Counted from the stretch's first letter, positions 22,712-32,659 are shown. The stretch: DNA of 64,000 bases from Candidatus Omnitrophota bacterium (GCA_030650425.1 JAUSED010000003.1:7903-71902), one strand, 5' to 3'. Notes: generated by a model not told the origin, from the sequence alone. Made by a program: numbers and translations.

Positions 22712-23659
22712 ATGGCCGGATTAGAATTTGAAAAACCTATCGTTGAATTAGAGAAGAAAATCCAGGAATTAAGGCGTTTTATCTCGGATAAAAAAATAGA
22801 CCTTTCTTCAGAAGTCAAGCGCTTAGAGGATAAGCTCGAACATCTCAAGAAAGAGACCTACGCCAATCTTAGCGCCTGGCAGAGAGTCCAGCTTGCCCGC
22901 CATCCGCAAAGGCCCTACACCTTAGATTACATCAACCTGATTATGTCGGATTTTATCGAATTACACGGAGACAGGTTATTTAGCGACGACAAGGCCGTCG
23001 TCTGCGGTTTAGCTAAATTAGATCAGCAAAAAATAGCGGTAATCGGGCATCAAAAGGGAAGAGATACCAAGGAAAATCTGAAACGTAATTTTGGCTGCGC
23101 CCATCCAGAAGGATACCGCAAGGCGCTTCGGATTATGCAACTGGCCGAAGAATTTAATTTAGCGGTAGTGGTTTTCATCGATACGCCCGGGGCATACCCG
23201 GGAATAGGCGCGGAAGAGCGCGGCCAAGCGCAGGCCATCGCGCTTAATTTAAGGGAAATGGCTTCTATAGCCACGCCAATAATCTCTATAGTAATCGGAG
23301 AGGGAGGTTCAGGCGGCGCTTTAGGCGTAGGCGTGGCTGACCGCGTAGCCGTATTAGAGAATGCTTATTATTCGGTTATTTCTCCTGAAGGCTGCGCGGC
23401 AATCTTGTGGAAAGACGGAGCAAAGGCTCCTCAAGCAGCCGAGGTTTTAAAATTAACTGGAGATGATTTATTGGCTCTCAAGGTGATTGATGAAGTGATC
23501 CCTGAACCTTTAGGCGGCGCGCATCGGGACGCGCAGAAAACAGCCCAAGCTCTAAAAGAATACATAGTCAGGAACCTCAAGGAATTAAGAACCAACGATA
23601 AAGAAGAGCTGCTTAAGTTAAGGTATAAAAAATTCCGCGAGATGGGCTTGGTAGCATGA
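22712..23659 (+). CDS. accA: Acetyl-CoA carboxylase carboxyltransferase alpha
   Basis: LEFEKP, ARHPQRP, DTPGAYPGIGAEERGQ, GEGGSGGAL. Confidence 0.97.
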   Translation: MAGLEFEKPIVELEKKIQELRRFISDKKIDLSSEVKRLEDKLEHLKKETYANLSAWQRVQLARHPQRPYTLDYINLIMSDFIELHGDRLFSDDKAVVCGLAKLDQQKIAVIGHQKGRDTKENLKRNFGCAHPEGYRKALRIMQLAEEFNLAVVVFIDTPGAYPGIGAEERGQAQAIALNLREMASIATPIISIVIGEGGSGGALGVGVADRVAVLENAYYSVISPEGCAAILWKDGAKAPQAAEVLKLTGDDLLALKVIDEVIPEPLGGAHRDAQKTAQALKEYIVRNLKELRTNDKEELLKLRYKKFREMGLVA

Positions 23660-24171
23660 TTGAGCAAGAATTATTATTATTAGGCTTGCTTAAAGAGGGC
23701 CCCAAGCACGGCTATGATATCAAAACCAAGATCAAACAGATCCTTTTTCTCTTTGCCGGCGTAGAATTAAAATCCATATATTATCCGTTACGCATATTAG
23801 AAAAAAGAGGCCTGGTAGCCAAACGGACGCTTAAACCGGGGAAGAGGCCTGAGCGCATGGTCTACGCTTTGACTGCTAAGGGGCAAGTCCGTTTTAACGA
23901 GCTTTTAAATAAAAGCCTGCTTAATCTTAGGAGGCCGCAGTTTAGCCTGGATTTGAGTTTGTATTTCCTGCATTATATGAAACCCAGCGTTGCCTCTCGC
24001 CGCTTACGCGCAAGATTACATATGTTGAATAAGGTATCGGGCGGTTTGGCGCAGATGGTTAAAACCTCTTCCAAGGCTAAAACCGCTTCCTTAAACCGCA
24101 TCTTGGAGCATAATTTTAGTCTGCTTAAAGCAGAGTCCCAGTTTATCTCGCAGTTAATTAAGGGAATGTAG
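23656..24171 (+). CDS. PadR family transcriptional regulator
   Basis: LLGLLKEGPKHGYDI, SIYYPL, YALTAKG. Confidence 0.9.
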   Translation: MIEQELLLLGLLKEGPKHGYDIKTKIKQILFLFAGVELKSIYYPLRILEKRGLVAKRTLKPGKRPERMVYALTAKGQVRFNELLNKSLLNLRRPQFSLDLSLYFLHYMKPSVASRRLRARLHMLNKVSGGLAQMVKTSSKAKTASLNRILEHNFSLLKAESQFISQLIKGM

Positions 24172-24198
24172 AAGAAAAAGTGACTGTCACTTTTTCTT
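24172..24198. repeat. Family-3 palindrome, possibly also acting as a terminator
   Basis: AAGAAAAAGTGAC-T-GTCACTTTTTCTT immediately after the padR stop. Confidence 0.75.
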
Positions 24199-24203
24199 TT
24201 TGC

Positions 24204-24240
24204 TTGACACCTCGAAATTTAAATAGTAAAATTTTACTAT
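24204..24240 (+). promoter_or_regulatory. sigma70 promoter with overlapping 18-bp palindromic operator
   Basis: TTGACA-17-TAAAAT; perfect palindrome ATAGTAAAATTTTACTAT at 24223-24240. Confidence 0.7.
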
Positions 24241-24259
24241 GTCATTAAAGGAATATGCT

Positions 24260-24520
24260 ATGGAATGGGAGAGCTCTACACAGGAAAAACTTAAAGCGAT
24301 GGTCGCCAAGATCCCTGTTTTTCACCGCCGTATTACTGAAGAGGTAGTGACTAAAGGCGCCGAAAAGAGCGCGCGGACAAGGAATTCCGCCAAAGTAGAA
24401 GAAATAGACGTGCTCACTGCTTTTTTTTCGGATGTCCCGGCCGCGTTTTACAGCATGATGGTCAGGCTCTTGGAGCAGAGCGGGTTTGATTACAAGAAAT
24501 ATGGATTTCCCAAGCGGTAG
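24260..24520 (+). CDS. Small protein resembling the PCP-reductase C-terminal domain family
   Basis: MEW...L..KIPVFHR pattern; AAGGA RBS. Confidence 0.55.
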   Translation: MEWESSTQEKLKAMVAKIPVFHRRITEEVVTKGAEKSARTRNSAKVEEIDVLTAFFSDVPAAFYSMMVRLLEQSGFDYKKYGFPKR

Positions 24521-24529
24521 GTTTTTAAT

Positions 24530-25537
24530 ATGAAGATAGCGGTGATTGGCGCAGGAGCCATCGGGAGTTTAGTTGCCGGTTACTTAAAATTACAAGGCGA
24601 AGATATATACCTGGTTGGAAACCCTGAAGCGGTTAAGTCGGTTTCTGAAAACGGCTGTAAGATTTCCGGGTGCCGAGGCGATTTTAAGGTCGATATCAGC
24701 ATATTTGAGATGCTTGTTTCCAAGCCTGAGCTTGTGATCCTGGCGACTAAAACGCAGGATATCGAGAGCGCGTTAAAGAATAACCTTAGTCTGCTTAAAG
24801 ATACGATTATTTTGACCACGCAGAACGGAGTTCAGGCTGAAAGAATAGCAGCCGGGTTTCTTCCTCAAGACAATATACTTTCGAGCATCGTCATGTTCGG
24901 CGCCACTTATTTGGAAGCAGGTAAGGTTATTCATAATTTTGAGGGAAGCTGGATTTTAGGTAATTTATTTTCCGAAGCCCCTGACCCGCGGGTACTTTCG
25001 ATCAGTATGATTTTAGATAAGGCATTTTCTACGGTTGTAAGCGACGATATCGCGGGGATGAAATATTTAAAGGTATTCGTGAATGCCAATAATTGCATCC
25101 CGGCGATATTAGGGATGAGCATGCAAGAGGCTTTTAGTGACCCGCAAATAAGCAGGATAAGTGTTAACATTTGGAAAGAAGGTTTCCAGATCATCGCGAA
25201 GGCCGGAATTAAGCTTGTTTCTTTACCGGGCTTTCCGCTAGAAAACGTAACTCGGCTCATCTCTATTCCACCGGAAGAAGCAGCGAATATTTTCTCAGGG
25301 ATTATGGGTAAGTTAAGCCGCGACCCGCTCTATGGTTCAATATTGCAGAGTATAAAAAGGGGAAGGTCGTCGGAGATTGATTATATCAACGGAGAATTTG
25401 TCAGCTTAGCTGAAAAATGCCGTTTAAACGCGGGGTTAAATAAAAGATTGGTGGAAATGGTGCACGAAGTTGAGAAGACAAATAAATTTTTTACTAAAAC
25501 TGAACTTTTAAATGCCGTACAAGGATTAGTAAGTTGA
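24530..25537 (+). CDS. panE: Ketopantoate reductase (ApbA/PanE) family
   Basis: GAGAIG, QNG, SILQS...SEIDYINGE. Confidence 0.8.
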   Translation: MKIAVIGAGAIGSLVAGYLKLQGEDIYLVGNPEAVKSVSENGCKISGCRGDFKVDISIFEMLVSKPELVILATKTQDIESALKNNLSLLKDTIILTTQNGVQAERIAAGFLPQDNILSSIVMFGATYLEAGKVIHNFEGSWILGNLFSEAPDPRVLSISMILDKAFSTVVSDDIAGMKYLKVFVNANNCIPAILGMSMQEAFSDPQISRISVNIWKEGFQIIAKAGIKLVSLPGFPLENVTRLISIPPEEAANIFSGIMGKLSRDPLYGSILQSIKRGRSSEIDYINGEFVSLAEKCRLNAGLNKRLVEMVHEVEKTNKFFTKTELLNAVQGLVS

Positions 25538-25538
25538 A

Positions 25539-26135
25539 ATGGTTGGAATAAATTCACCTTTTCCAAGGCTAAAACTTACCGTGAATAACGTTTACGGCGA
25601 ATGTTACCACGGTTATCAGGCAGGCGATGAGATTCTCCTCGAAGATTTTACTCATCCACCCAAGCATTTTTGCTTGGGGTTAGCCCACGCGCTTTTTCCG
25701 GTGATCTACGCCTTGAGTTTCGGCGCTAAGTTTGGTTTTCGCGATAACCAACGTTCGCTTTTGGTGACTTGTCCTGACGGCGGAAAGTTAGAGTTCAAAG
25801 CGGAAATTTTGGATAAAGAGGGCAAGGTAGAAACTCTCCCTAAAGATGCAAATCATAAATTTAATCCCAAAAAGATGGTGATTGAAGTGGTACAAGCCAA
25901 AGGAAAATGCACCTTTGGCTATAAAGTCGGAGATCAATGGGAGACGCTCGGGTTAAAATGTATTCCCGGTTTTTGCGGGGCGGCATTTCATACCGCGTTC
26001 CCGGCGCTCTTTGCCTTAAATTTTGGCGCCAAGTTTTTCTTTATGCAGAACCCTAATTCTATTGATACGGTGGCTTGCCCTGACGGAGGGAATATCGTAT
26101 TTAAGGTAAGCAGGATCGAGGAAGATAAAAAATGA
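25539..26135 (+). CDS. Cys-rich protein with two tandem TIGR04076-like domains
   Basis: Duplicated GxC..GY..GD / FC...H..FP / CPDG motifs. Confidence 0.65.
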   Translation: MVGINSPFPRLKLTVNNVYGECYHGYQAGDEILLEDFTHPPKHFCLGLAHALFPVIYALSFGAKFGFRDNQRSLLVTCPDGGKLEFKAEILDKEGKVETLPKDANHKFNPKKMVIEVVQAKGKCTFGYKVGDQWETLGLKCIPGFCGAAFHTAFPALFALNFGAKFFFMQNPNSIDTVACPDGGNIVFKVSRIEEDKK

Positions 26136-27391
26136 ACAAACGTAGAGTAGTGATTACCGGAATAGGCGTGGTTTCGCCTAACGGCATCGGCAAAGAAAAA
26201 GTTTATCAGGCGATGTGCAATGGCGTCTCCGGAATAAGGCGGGTGGATGGTTTTGATGTCTCGGTATTTAACACTAAGATTGCCGCGGAAGTGCGCGATT
26301 TCGATCCGTTTAAACTTGGCCTTACCCACGAAGAGGCTGTACGCATGGATAGATATGTGCAATTTGGCGTGGTCGCCGGAAATATGGCTCTTTGCGACAG
26401 CGGTTTGGATCTGGCGAAAGTTGACCCTGAACGTATCGGCGTCTGTCTGGCTAATGCTATCTGCGGGACAAAATATATGGAAGAGGAGTTTGCCTTGGTA
26501 ACTTGCGACGGGAAGAACCCTATTGATCCGTCAAAGGTACGTCCTGACCTTTATGACGCGGCGATGTTTAATACCCCTTCTATTGAATTGTCGGCTAAAT
26601 ATCACCTTAAAGGAATATGCAATACGCTTTCTACCGGCTGCACAGCCGGCACTGATTCTTTGGGGTTCGGATTAGAGACGATTCAAGATGGAGAGCAGGA
26701 GATTATGATTTGCGGGGCGGCGGAAGCGCCGATTACGCCGATTACTTTCGGTGCCTTTGATGTAGTCAATGTTTTGTCGGTGCGCAATGATCATCCGCAG
26801 GCCTCAAGCCGTCCTTTCGATAATAAGCGCGATGGCTTTGTCCTAAGCGAAGGCGCGGGTATTTTAATTTTAGAAGAATTGAATCACGCCTTAAAACGGA
26901 ATGCCCGGATTTATTGCGAAGTTTTAGGATTTGGCACCAGTTGTAACGCCTTTCATATGACCGATCTTCCGGGCGATGGACAGGCGATGACTACTTGTAT
27001 TGTCTTGGCTCTCAAAGATTCCGGGATCAAGCCGCAGGAGATAGATTATATCAGCGCCCATGGCTCAAGCACGAAAATGAACGATATATTCGAGACCAAC
27101 GCCTACAAGGCGGTTTTCGGCGATTACGCCTATAAACTTCCGATCAGTTCGCTTAAGTCGATGATCGGGCATCCCTTGGCCGCATCCAACGCCGTGGAGA
27201 TGACCGTCTGCTCGATGATCTTCGAAAGAAACATCCTTCCGCCGACGATCAATCAGGATGAAAAGGACCCTTTGTGCGACCTGAATTATATTCCCAACCA
27301 AGCGATTAGCAAAAAAGTAGATACGATTATTAAAACCAGCTCCGGTTTTTCAGGGATTCATTCTTCGTTAGTTTTAAGGAGATATAAATGA
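26132..27391 (+). CDS. Type II PKS ketosynthase alpha
   Basis: STGCTAG active-site Cys, SRPFD..RDGFVLSEG, AHGSST, SSLKSMIGH, SGFSGIHS. Confidence 0.9.
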   Translation: MNKRRVVITGIGVVSPNGIGKEKVYQAMCNGVSGIRRVDGFDVSVFNTKIAAEVRDFDPFKLGLTHEEAVRMDRYVQFGVVAGNMALCDSGLDLAKVDPERIGVCLANAICGTKYMEEEFALVTCDGKNPIDPSKVRPDLYDAAMFNTPSIELSAKYHLKGICNTLSTGCTAGTDSLGFGLETIQDGEQEIMICGAAEAPITPITFGAFDVVNVLSVRNDHPQASSRPFDNKRDGFVLSEGAGILILEELNHALKRNARIYCEVLGFGTSCNAFHMTDLPGDGQAMTTCIVLALKDSGIKPQEIDYISAHGSSTKMNDIFETNAYKAVFGDYAYKLPISSLKSMIGHPLAASNAVEMTVCSMIFERNILPPTINQDEKDPLCDLNYIPNQAISKKVDTIIKTSSGFSGIHSSLVLRRYK

Positions 27392-27398
27392 AAAACAG

Positions 27399-27472
27399 CG
27401 AAACTGTTTCCATCTCAATCGGGAAACAGTTTCCGAGCCAATCGGGAAACTGTTTCCGAGCCAATCGGGAAA
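27399..27472. repeat. Family-1 array A8 (three cores plus a half core) between KS and CLF
   Basis: Cores at 27399,27422,27445; GGAAA at 27468. Confidence 0.95.
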
Positions 27473-27496
27473 GTGGGCATAGGAGAGGGAGGCTGT

Positions 27497-28735
27497 GTGG
27501 ATAAAATAGCGATTACGGGTATAGGTATCGTCAGCCCTTCCGGGATAAATAAGCGGCAGTTCTGGGCGAATATCAAAGCCGGACGCTCTTTTATCAAAGA
27601 GATTACCCGTTTTGACGCCTCAAAATACCCGTCGCATATTGCCGGCCAAATCGACGAACTAAATAAATATAGCAATTTCTCTGAGCGCCTGCTTAAAAAA
27701 ATCGACGCCTTTTCGCATATGGCCTTGATTGCTTCAGAATTGGCCCTGCAGGACGCCGGGATCGATATCAAGAACGAAGACCCAAATTTAGTCGGAATAT
27801 TCTTAGGCAATGCTATCGGCGGATGGCTTTACGCGGAGACAGAACTGCGCGATTTATATATCGAAGGCCGCGAAGGCGTTTCTCCTTATATGGCTTCAGC
27901 CTGGTTTCCGGCGGCGCCGCAAGGGCAGGTTTCTATTTATTACGGGATTAAAGGATTCTCCAAGACGATTGTCGCGGATAGAGCCAGCTCTTTGATGGCC
28001 TTAGGTTACGGCCGGAAGGTTTTAAATAAGAATAAGTTGAATATGATTTTAGCCGGCGGGATGGAAGCGCCGGTGACCCCTTACGCGCTTTTATGCTGCT
28101 CTACTTACGGCGCGCTCTCCAAAAATAATGCCAAACCTCAGGAAGCCTACCGGCCATTTGACAAAAAACGCGACGGGTGCGTAATCGGAGAAGGCGCGGG
28201 TATCGTGGTGATGGAGAGTATCGCGCGGGCAAATAAAAGAGGGGTTAGGCCTTTGGCTTATATTTCCGGATACGCGGCAAGCTGCGACGGAGTTGACCGG
28301 ATCAACTGCGGCGCAGACGGGAAAGAATTAGCCAGGGCAATTAAATTAGCGCTATCCGATGCCCAAACCAATATCGACGAAATCGACTACATTAGCTTAG
28401 ACGGTTTGGCCTTAAATTTATGGGATGATGCTGAGTTGAATGCGCTAAAGAGTGTTTTTAGTCAGAGGGTTAAGGATATTCCAATAAGTTGCCCAAAATC
28501 TATGTTTGGAAATTTACTGGGCGCATCCGGCGCTGTAGATATGATTACGACAATCTTAGCGATGGAACATAGCCTGGTTCCGGTTACCTTAAATTTAGAC
28601 GAACCAAGTATAAAAGATTTTAATTATGTTACTAAAGAAGCTAAGGAATACAAAATCAATAAGGCTTTGGTGATTTCGCGCGGCAGGGGCGGGATCAATT
28701 CAGTGTTGGTAGTCGAGAGTAACACCCCGCGCTAA
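27497..28735 (+). CDS. Type II PKS chain length factor (KS beta)
   Basis: KS fold lacking catalytic Cys/His; SPYMASAWF...GQVSI; PKSMFGNL; GRGGINS; GTG start after GGGAGG. Confidence 0.88.
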   Translation: MDKIAITGIGIVSPSGINKRQFWANIKAGRSFIKEITRFDASKYPSHIAGQIDELNKYSNFSERLLKKIDAFSHMALIASELALQDAGIDIKNEDPNLVGIFLGNAIGGWLYAETELRDLYIEGREGVSPYMASAWFPAAPQGQVSIYYGIKGFSKTIVADRASSLMALGYGRKVLNKNKLNMILAGGMEAPVTPYALLCCSTYGALSKNNAKPQEAYRPFDKKRDGCVIGEGAGIVVMESIARANKRGVRPLAYISGYAASCDGVDRINCGADGKELARAIKLALSDAQTNIDEIDYISLDGLALNLWDDAELNALKSVFSQRVKDIPISCPKSMFGNLLGASGAVDMITTILAMEHSLVPVTLNLDEPSIKDFNYVTKEAKEYKINKALVISRGRGGINSVLVVESNTPR

Positions 28736-28823
28736 TAAGAGGTGCCCGGCGCAATAGGTATGCGCCGGCATGCGCTTGTGCGCAAATTGCGCGGGTGTGC
28801 CCTTGTGGGCTAGGAGAAATTTA

Positions 28824-30284
28824 ATGAAGATTTTATTTGTTATGCCAAAGGTGGGCAGTTGGGCAACGCACGGAAAGCATGTCGCGCCGAATCAATTATA
28901 CGCGCATTGGGCTAGCTATGTCAGGGAAAAAGGTTACGCGGATGTTTCGGTTATCGACGGCAAGGCGATGGAAATCCCCATGGACGAGATGGTCCAGATG
29001 GTCAAAGATAAAAATCCGGATGTCGTGGTTATGGGTGAGCAGCTGCATTCTTATGGTGGATACGGGGTTTTGCGCCATTTTAACGAAGCCTCCAGAAAAA
29101 TAAAAGCTGCGCTTCCTAAAACTAAGCTTATTTTCGGCGGGCTTTGGTATTCGGCGATGCCGACGCAGACCTTGGATGAGAATCCCGCGGTAGATTATAT
29201 AGTGATGGGAGAAGAAGAGTCGTTTTTTGATTTACTTGAGGCGATTGCCAAGAATAAGCCGATTAAAGATGTTGCCGGCGTAGCTTCGCGCGTGGATGGC
29301 AAAGCGGTTTTGGGTCCGCATAAGCCGCTATTACAAGATTTGGATTCTTTACCGCTTCCAGCCTATGATTTATTCCCAATGGATAGATATGTAGGCCATA
29401 CCCACTGGAAACCGTTTGTGGATATGGTTACTTCGCGCGGCTGTCCCTCAGCCTGCACTTTTTGTTATGAATGGGATCAGTATGATCCGCGCCACCCGTC
29501 GGATTTTCTTACTTGGCGGGCAAAATCTCCGGAGAGAGTGATTGAAGAATTGAACCTTTTACATAATAAATATGGGGTCAAGGTCGTAGTGATCCAAGAT
29601 GATAATTTCAATGTTGACCCGGCGAGGGTGCAAAAATTCTGTGAGCTAAAAAAAGCATCGAACAACCCGATTAAATGGGTCTCTTTAGGCAGGGCAGTGG
29701 ATTGGGTTAATTGTGAAAAGATCCTACCTTTAATGAAAGAGACAGGGCTATTCACCGGCGTCTTTGGGATCGAAGTAACTACCCCGGAGGAACTAAAAAA
29801 GATTGCCAAGGGGATTACCATTGAACAGATCAAAAAGACGATCGAAATCCTGCGTAAGAATGATATTGCCGTGGTGGCGGATATCATGATGGGTTTTGAT
29901 TATGATACCGAGGCGATTATCAAGCAAAGATACGAATTTACCGATATGGTTGACCCGGATATCCTTTGGATCGGCTATGTCACTCCCGCGCCGAACTCTC
30001 CGATGTGGAAGATGTCTTTAAAAAAGAATTGGATCGACCCTAAAAAAGTGGATTTTTCACAATGGGATTTCCTGCATCCGGTTATACCCACCGACCATTT
30101 GAGCATCGAAGAATTAGGCCGCCTTGGGTCTTGGTGTATGCGTGAATTCTTCTCCAAGCCCGGCAGGATTAACCGGATTATGGAGAGTGATTTCGATATT
30201 TTAGCTAAACTCTGTTTTCAGGATGTGATGGCCGGCGTCGGAAAATGGGAAGCAGGCGCGACTAAGGGGGAAGTGCACGTATAG
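28824..30284 (+). CDS. Cobalamin-binding radical SAM enzyme
   Basis: N-terminal B12-binding-like domain, TSRGCPSACTFC, DDNF; ATG 28824 after AGGAG. Confidence 0.9.
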   Translation: MKILFVMPKVGSWATHGKHVAPNQLYAHWASYVREKGYADVSVIDGKAMEIPMDEMVQMVKDKNPDVVVMGEQLHSYGGYGVLRHFNEASRKIKAALPKTKLIFGGLWYSAMPTQTLDENPAVDYIVMGEEESFFDLLEAIAKNKPIKDVAGVASRVDGKAVLGPHKPLLQDLDSLPLPAYDLFPMDRYVGHTHWKPFVDMVTSRGCPSACTFCYEWDQYDPRHPSDFLTWRAKSPERVIEELNLLHNKYGVKVVVIQDDNFNVDPARVQKFCELKKASNNPIKWVSLGRAVDWVNCEKILPLMKETGLFTGVFGIEVTTPEELKKIAKGITIEQIKKTIEILRKNDIAVVADIMMGFDYDTEAIIKQRYEFTDMVDPDILWIGYVTPAPNSPMWKMSLKKNWIDPKKVDFSQWDFLHPVIPTDHLSIEELGRLGSWCMREFFSKPGRINRIMESDFDILAKLCFQDVMAGVGKWEAGATKGEVHV

Positions 30285-30299
30285 GTTAGCGGAGGGAAA

Positions 30300-30533
30300 A
30301 TGGATATAAAAATAAAAGTCAAAGAGATATTGAGTAATCTTCTAAAAGTAAAAATCGATGAATTAAAAGATAACTCTTCTCTAGAGGCAAGCATCGGAGT
30401 GGATTCTACCGAGATGGTCGAATCAGTGATTGCTTTGGAAAAGGCGTTCGGAGTAAAACTAAGTCCCAAAGAGATTACCAAGTCTTCGAGTATTGAAGAC
30501 ATTGAAAAAGTTATCCACTCAAAAATTGGCTAA
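30300..30533 (+). CDS. Acyl carrier protein
   Basis: 77 aa, GVDS phosphopantetheine site, LEKAFGV. Confidence 0.9.
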   Translation: MDIKIKVKEILSNLLKVKIDELKDNSSLEASIGVDSTEMVESVIALEKAFGVKLSPKEITKSSSIEDIEKVIHSKIG

Positions 30534-31331
30534 ATGAAAATAATTGACCTAAGCCTTCCTATAGACGACAAGGCATTTGAGGTGCACAAGGTTGCTATTG
30601 AGCGGGTGACCCATCAAGCGGGTGTCGAGAAATTTAACCGCCTGATTATGGGTAAAACCCTGCTAGGTAAAATTAAATACCTTTTGGGCCAGCGTATTCT
30701 CAAAAAAGAAGATTTACCTGATGAAGAATTCCTTTCTTTGGAAATCGTGCACTCTCCGGTGCATATCGGCACCCACCTTGATTATTCTTTCCACTATGGC
30801 TCAACTTCTGAAGGCCGCCCGTCAAAGACAGCGGAAGAAATCCCGCTGGAATATTGTTATCAAGACGGAGTGAAACTCGAGCTTACCCATAAGCAGCCCA
30901 ATGAGAAGATTATCGCCGCGGATATCACAGCCGCGCTTACCAAGATTAATTATAAATTAAAACCCTTAGATATTGTTTTCCTGCATACCGGCGCGGATAA
31001 ACTTTACGGTTCTTCCAAGTATTTCTCGGATTATCCGGGCGTAGATACCTCGGCGATAGATTATCTATTGGACCGCGGGGTTAAAATCTTCGGCGTGGAT
31101 ACGATGGGCATAGACCGGCCGTATAGATTTATGCTGAAGGAATTTTTGGATAATAAAGACACGCAAGCTTTGTATCCGGCGCATTTTTACGGTAGGAAAA
31201 GAGAATTTATCCATATTGAGAGGCTGGCGAACCTGGAGAAACTTCCGGAAACCGGATTTAAGGTCATTTGTTTTCCGGTGAAAATTAAGAGGACCGGTGC
31301 TGCCTGGGCAAGGGTGGTTGCAATTATCTAA
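30534..31331 (+). CDS. Cyclase family (kynurenine formamidase-like) polyketide cyclase
   Basis: IIDLS, HIGTHLD, GVDTMGID, HIERLANL. Confidence 0.85.
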   Translation: MKIIDLSLPIDDKAFEVHKVAIERVTHQAGVEKFNRLIMGKTLLGKIKYLLGQRILKKEDLPDEEFLSLEIVHSPVHIGTHLDYSFHYGSTSEGRPSKTAEEIPLEYCYQDGVKLELTHKQPNEKIIAADITAALTKINYKLKPLDIVFLHTGADKLYGSSKYFSDYPGVDTSAIDYLLDRGVKIFGVDTMGIDRPYRFMLKEFLDNKDTQALYPAHFYGRKREFIHIERLANLEKLPETGFKVICFPVKIKRTGAAWARVVAII

Positions 31332-31337
31332 AAAATG

Positions 31338-31368
31338 AGGGACCGTTTCCTGAAAGGAAACGGTCCCT
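31338..31368. repeat. GGGAC-type hairpin
   Basis: AGGGACCGTTTCCT-GAA-AGGAAACGGTCCCT, perfect 14-bp arms. Confidence 0.8.
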
Positions 31369-31386
31369 AGATTCTAGGAGGCCATT

Positions 31387-31827
31387 ATGGGACATACCTG
31401 TAATTCAGTTATAATTAACGCGCCCTATGATTTAGTTTTTGATATTTCCAATGATATCCCCCGCTGGACGGAATTATTCGGGAGTGAATACAAAAAAGCA
31501 GAAGTGGTGAAGAAGGAAGCAAATAAAATTACCTTCCGCCTGACTGATGACGAAGGTAAGTCTTGGCAGTCATGGAGATTACTTTTTAAGCAGAATAATT
31601 TTACTTACGCCGAAAGAGAAGAGCCGAAATTCCCTTTTCAATACATGAAAATCATCTGGCTTTATACGCTTAAACCGGAAGGGGTGGAATTAACCTGGAT
31701 CCAGCATTTTGCAATGGATGCAAAAGCCAAATTCAACGATGAGCAGGTCGAAGGTTTTATTAATAAGCATTCTAAGGATAATCTTTTAATTTTTAAGCGG
31801 GTAATCGAGCAGGCAGCAGGTAAGTAA
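31387..31827 (+). CDS. SRPBCC polyketide aromatase/cyclase (TcmN/WhiE-VI-like)
   Basis: GHTCNSVIINAP..LVFDISNDIPRWTELF.SEY, SWQSWR, PFQYMKI.W. Confidence 0.88.
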   Translation: MGHTCNSVIINAPYDLVFDISNDIPRWTELFGSEYKKAEVVKKEANKITFRLTDDEGKSWQSWRLLFKQNNFTYAEREEPKFPFQYMKIIWLYTLKPEGVELTWIQHFAMDAKAKFNDEQVEGFINKHSKDNLLIFKRVIEQAAGK

Positions 31828-31842
31828 TTCTAGGAGGTTAAG

Positions 31843-32619
31843 ATGAATGAGCAATTAAAAGGTAAGGTTGCGATTGTGACGGGCGCCAGCCGCGGCATAG
31901 GTAAAGCCTTGGCTTCTACAGCAGCAAGTTTAGGGATTAATCTGGCGATAGCCGCGCGTCAAGAAGGCCCATTAAAAGAAACAGCCGAGGAGATCGCCAA
32001 GAAATATAAAGTTACTGTTTTAGCTATCCCTTGCGATGTCACCAAACTCGAAGATTTAGAGAATCTGGTGAATAAAACCAAGGAGAAATTCGGTAGAATT
32101 GATATTTTAATTAATAATGCCGGGGTTTCCTCGCAATATCCGTTTCAGGAGCAGCCGATTGAGGATTTCGAACGGCTGGCCCACACAAATTATTTGGGTT
32201 ATGTGCGCCTGATCCGCTTAGTGATCAACGATATGATTAAAAATAAAAGCGGCGCGATTATCAACATGGTCTCCGGTTCAACCCTCTGCGACCCGCTTCC
32301 ACGGAATTTTATTGTTTATAGCTCGCTTAAAGTCGGCCTGCGCGCATTTTCCAAGGGGCTTTTTTGGGAATTACGCGACCACGGAATAAAGGTAACCTCT
32401 ATATTACCCGGAGTGACAGATACGGATTTGACCGGGAAATTAAAAGAAATTACCGCAGATACCTCGCGGCTAATGACCACCGAGGCGATTGAAAACGCGG
32501 TAAGGTTTGCTTTAACTGTGCCGCAGAATGTTTGCCCGTTAGAAATAGCAGTAATTAACCAGCAGACGCCTTGGACTGCTCCGGTTATTCCATTTAAGCA
32601 GCAGCATCCGGGCAAGTGA
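31843..32619 (+). CDS. SDR oxidoreductase, probable ketoreductase
   Basis: TGASRGIG, NNAG, YSSLK. Confidence 0.88.
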   Translation: MNEQLKGKVAIVTGASRGIGKALASTAASLGINLAIAARQEGPLKETAEEIAKKYKVTVLAIPCDVTKLEDLENLVNKTKEKFGRIDILINNAGVSSQYPFQEQPIEDFERLAHTNYLGYVRLIRLVINDMIKNKSGAIINMVSGSTLCDPLPRNFIVYSSLKVGLRAFSKGLFWELRDHGIKVTSILPGVTDTDLTGKLKEITADTSRLMTTEAIENAVRFALTVPQNVCPLEIAVINQQTPWTAPVIPFKQQHPGK

Positions 32620-32659
32620 CAAAATATTAAATACAGGTAGAGCAAGAAAGGGGATAAAG

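Noticed and set aside
26132-28735. Two FabF fatty acid synthases
   Set aside because: The second gene lacks catalytic residues and has CLF motifs; aromatase and cyclase genes are adjacent
28722-28823. Cobalamin riboswitch before the B12 radical SAM gene
   Set aside because: Too short and lacks recognisable B12-box/GGGAA motifs
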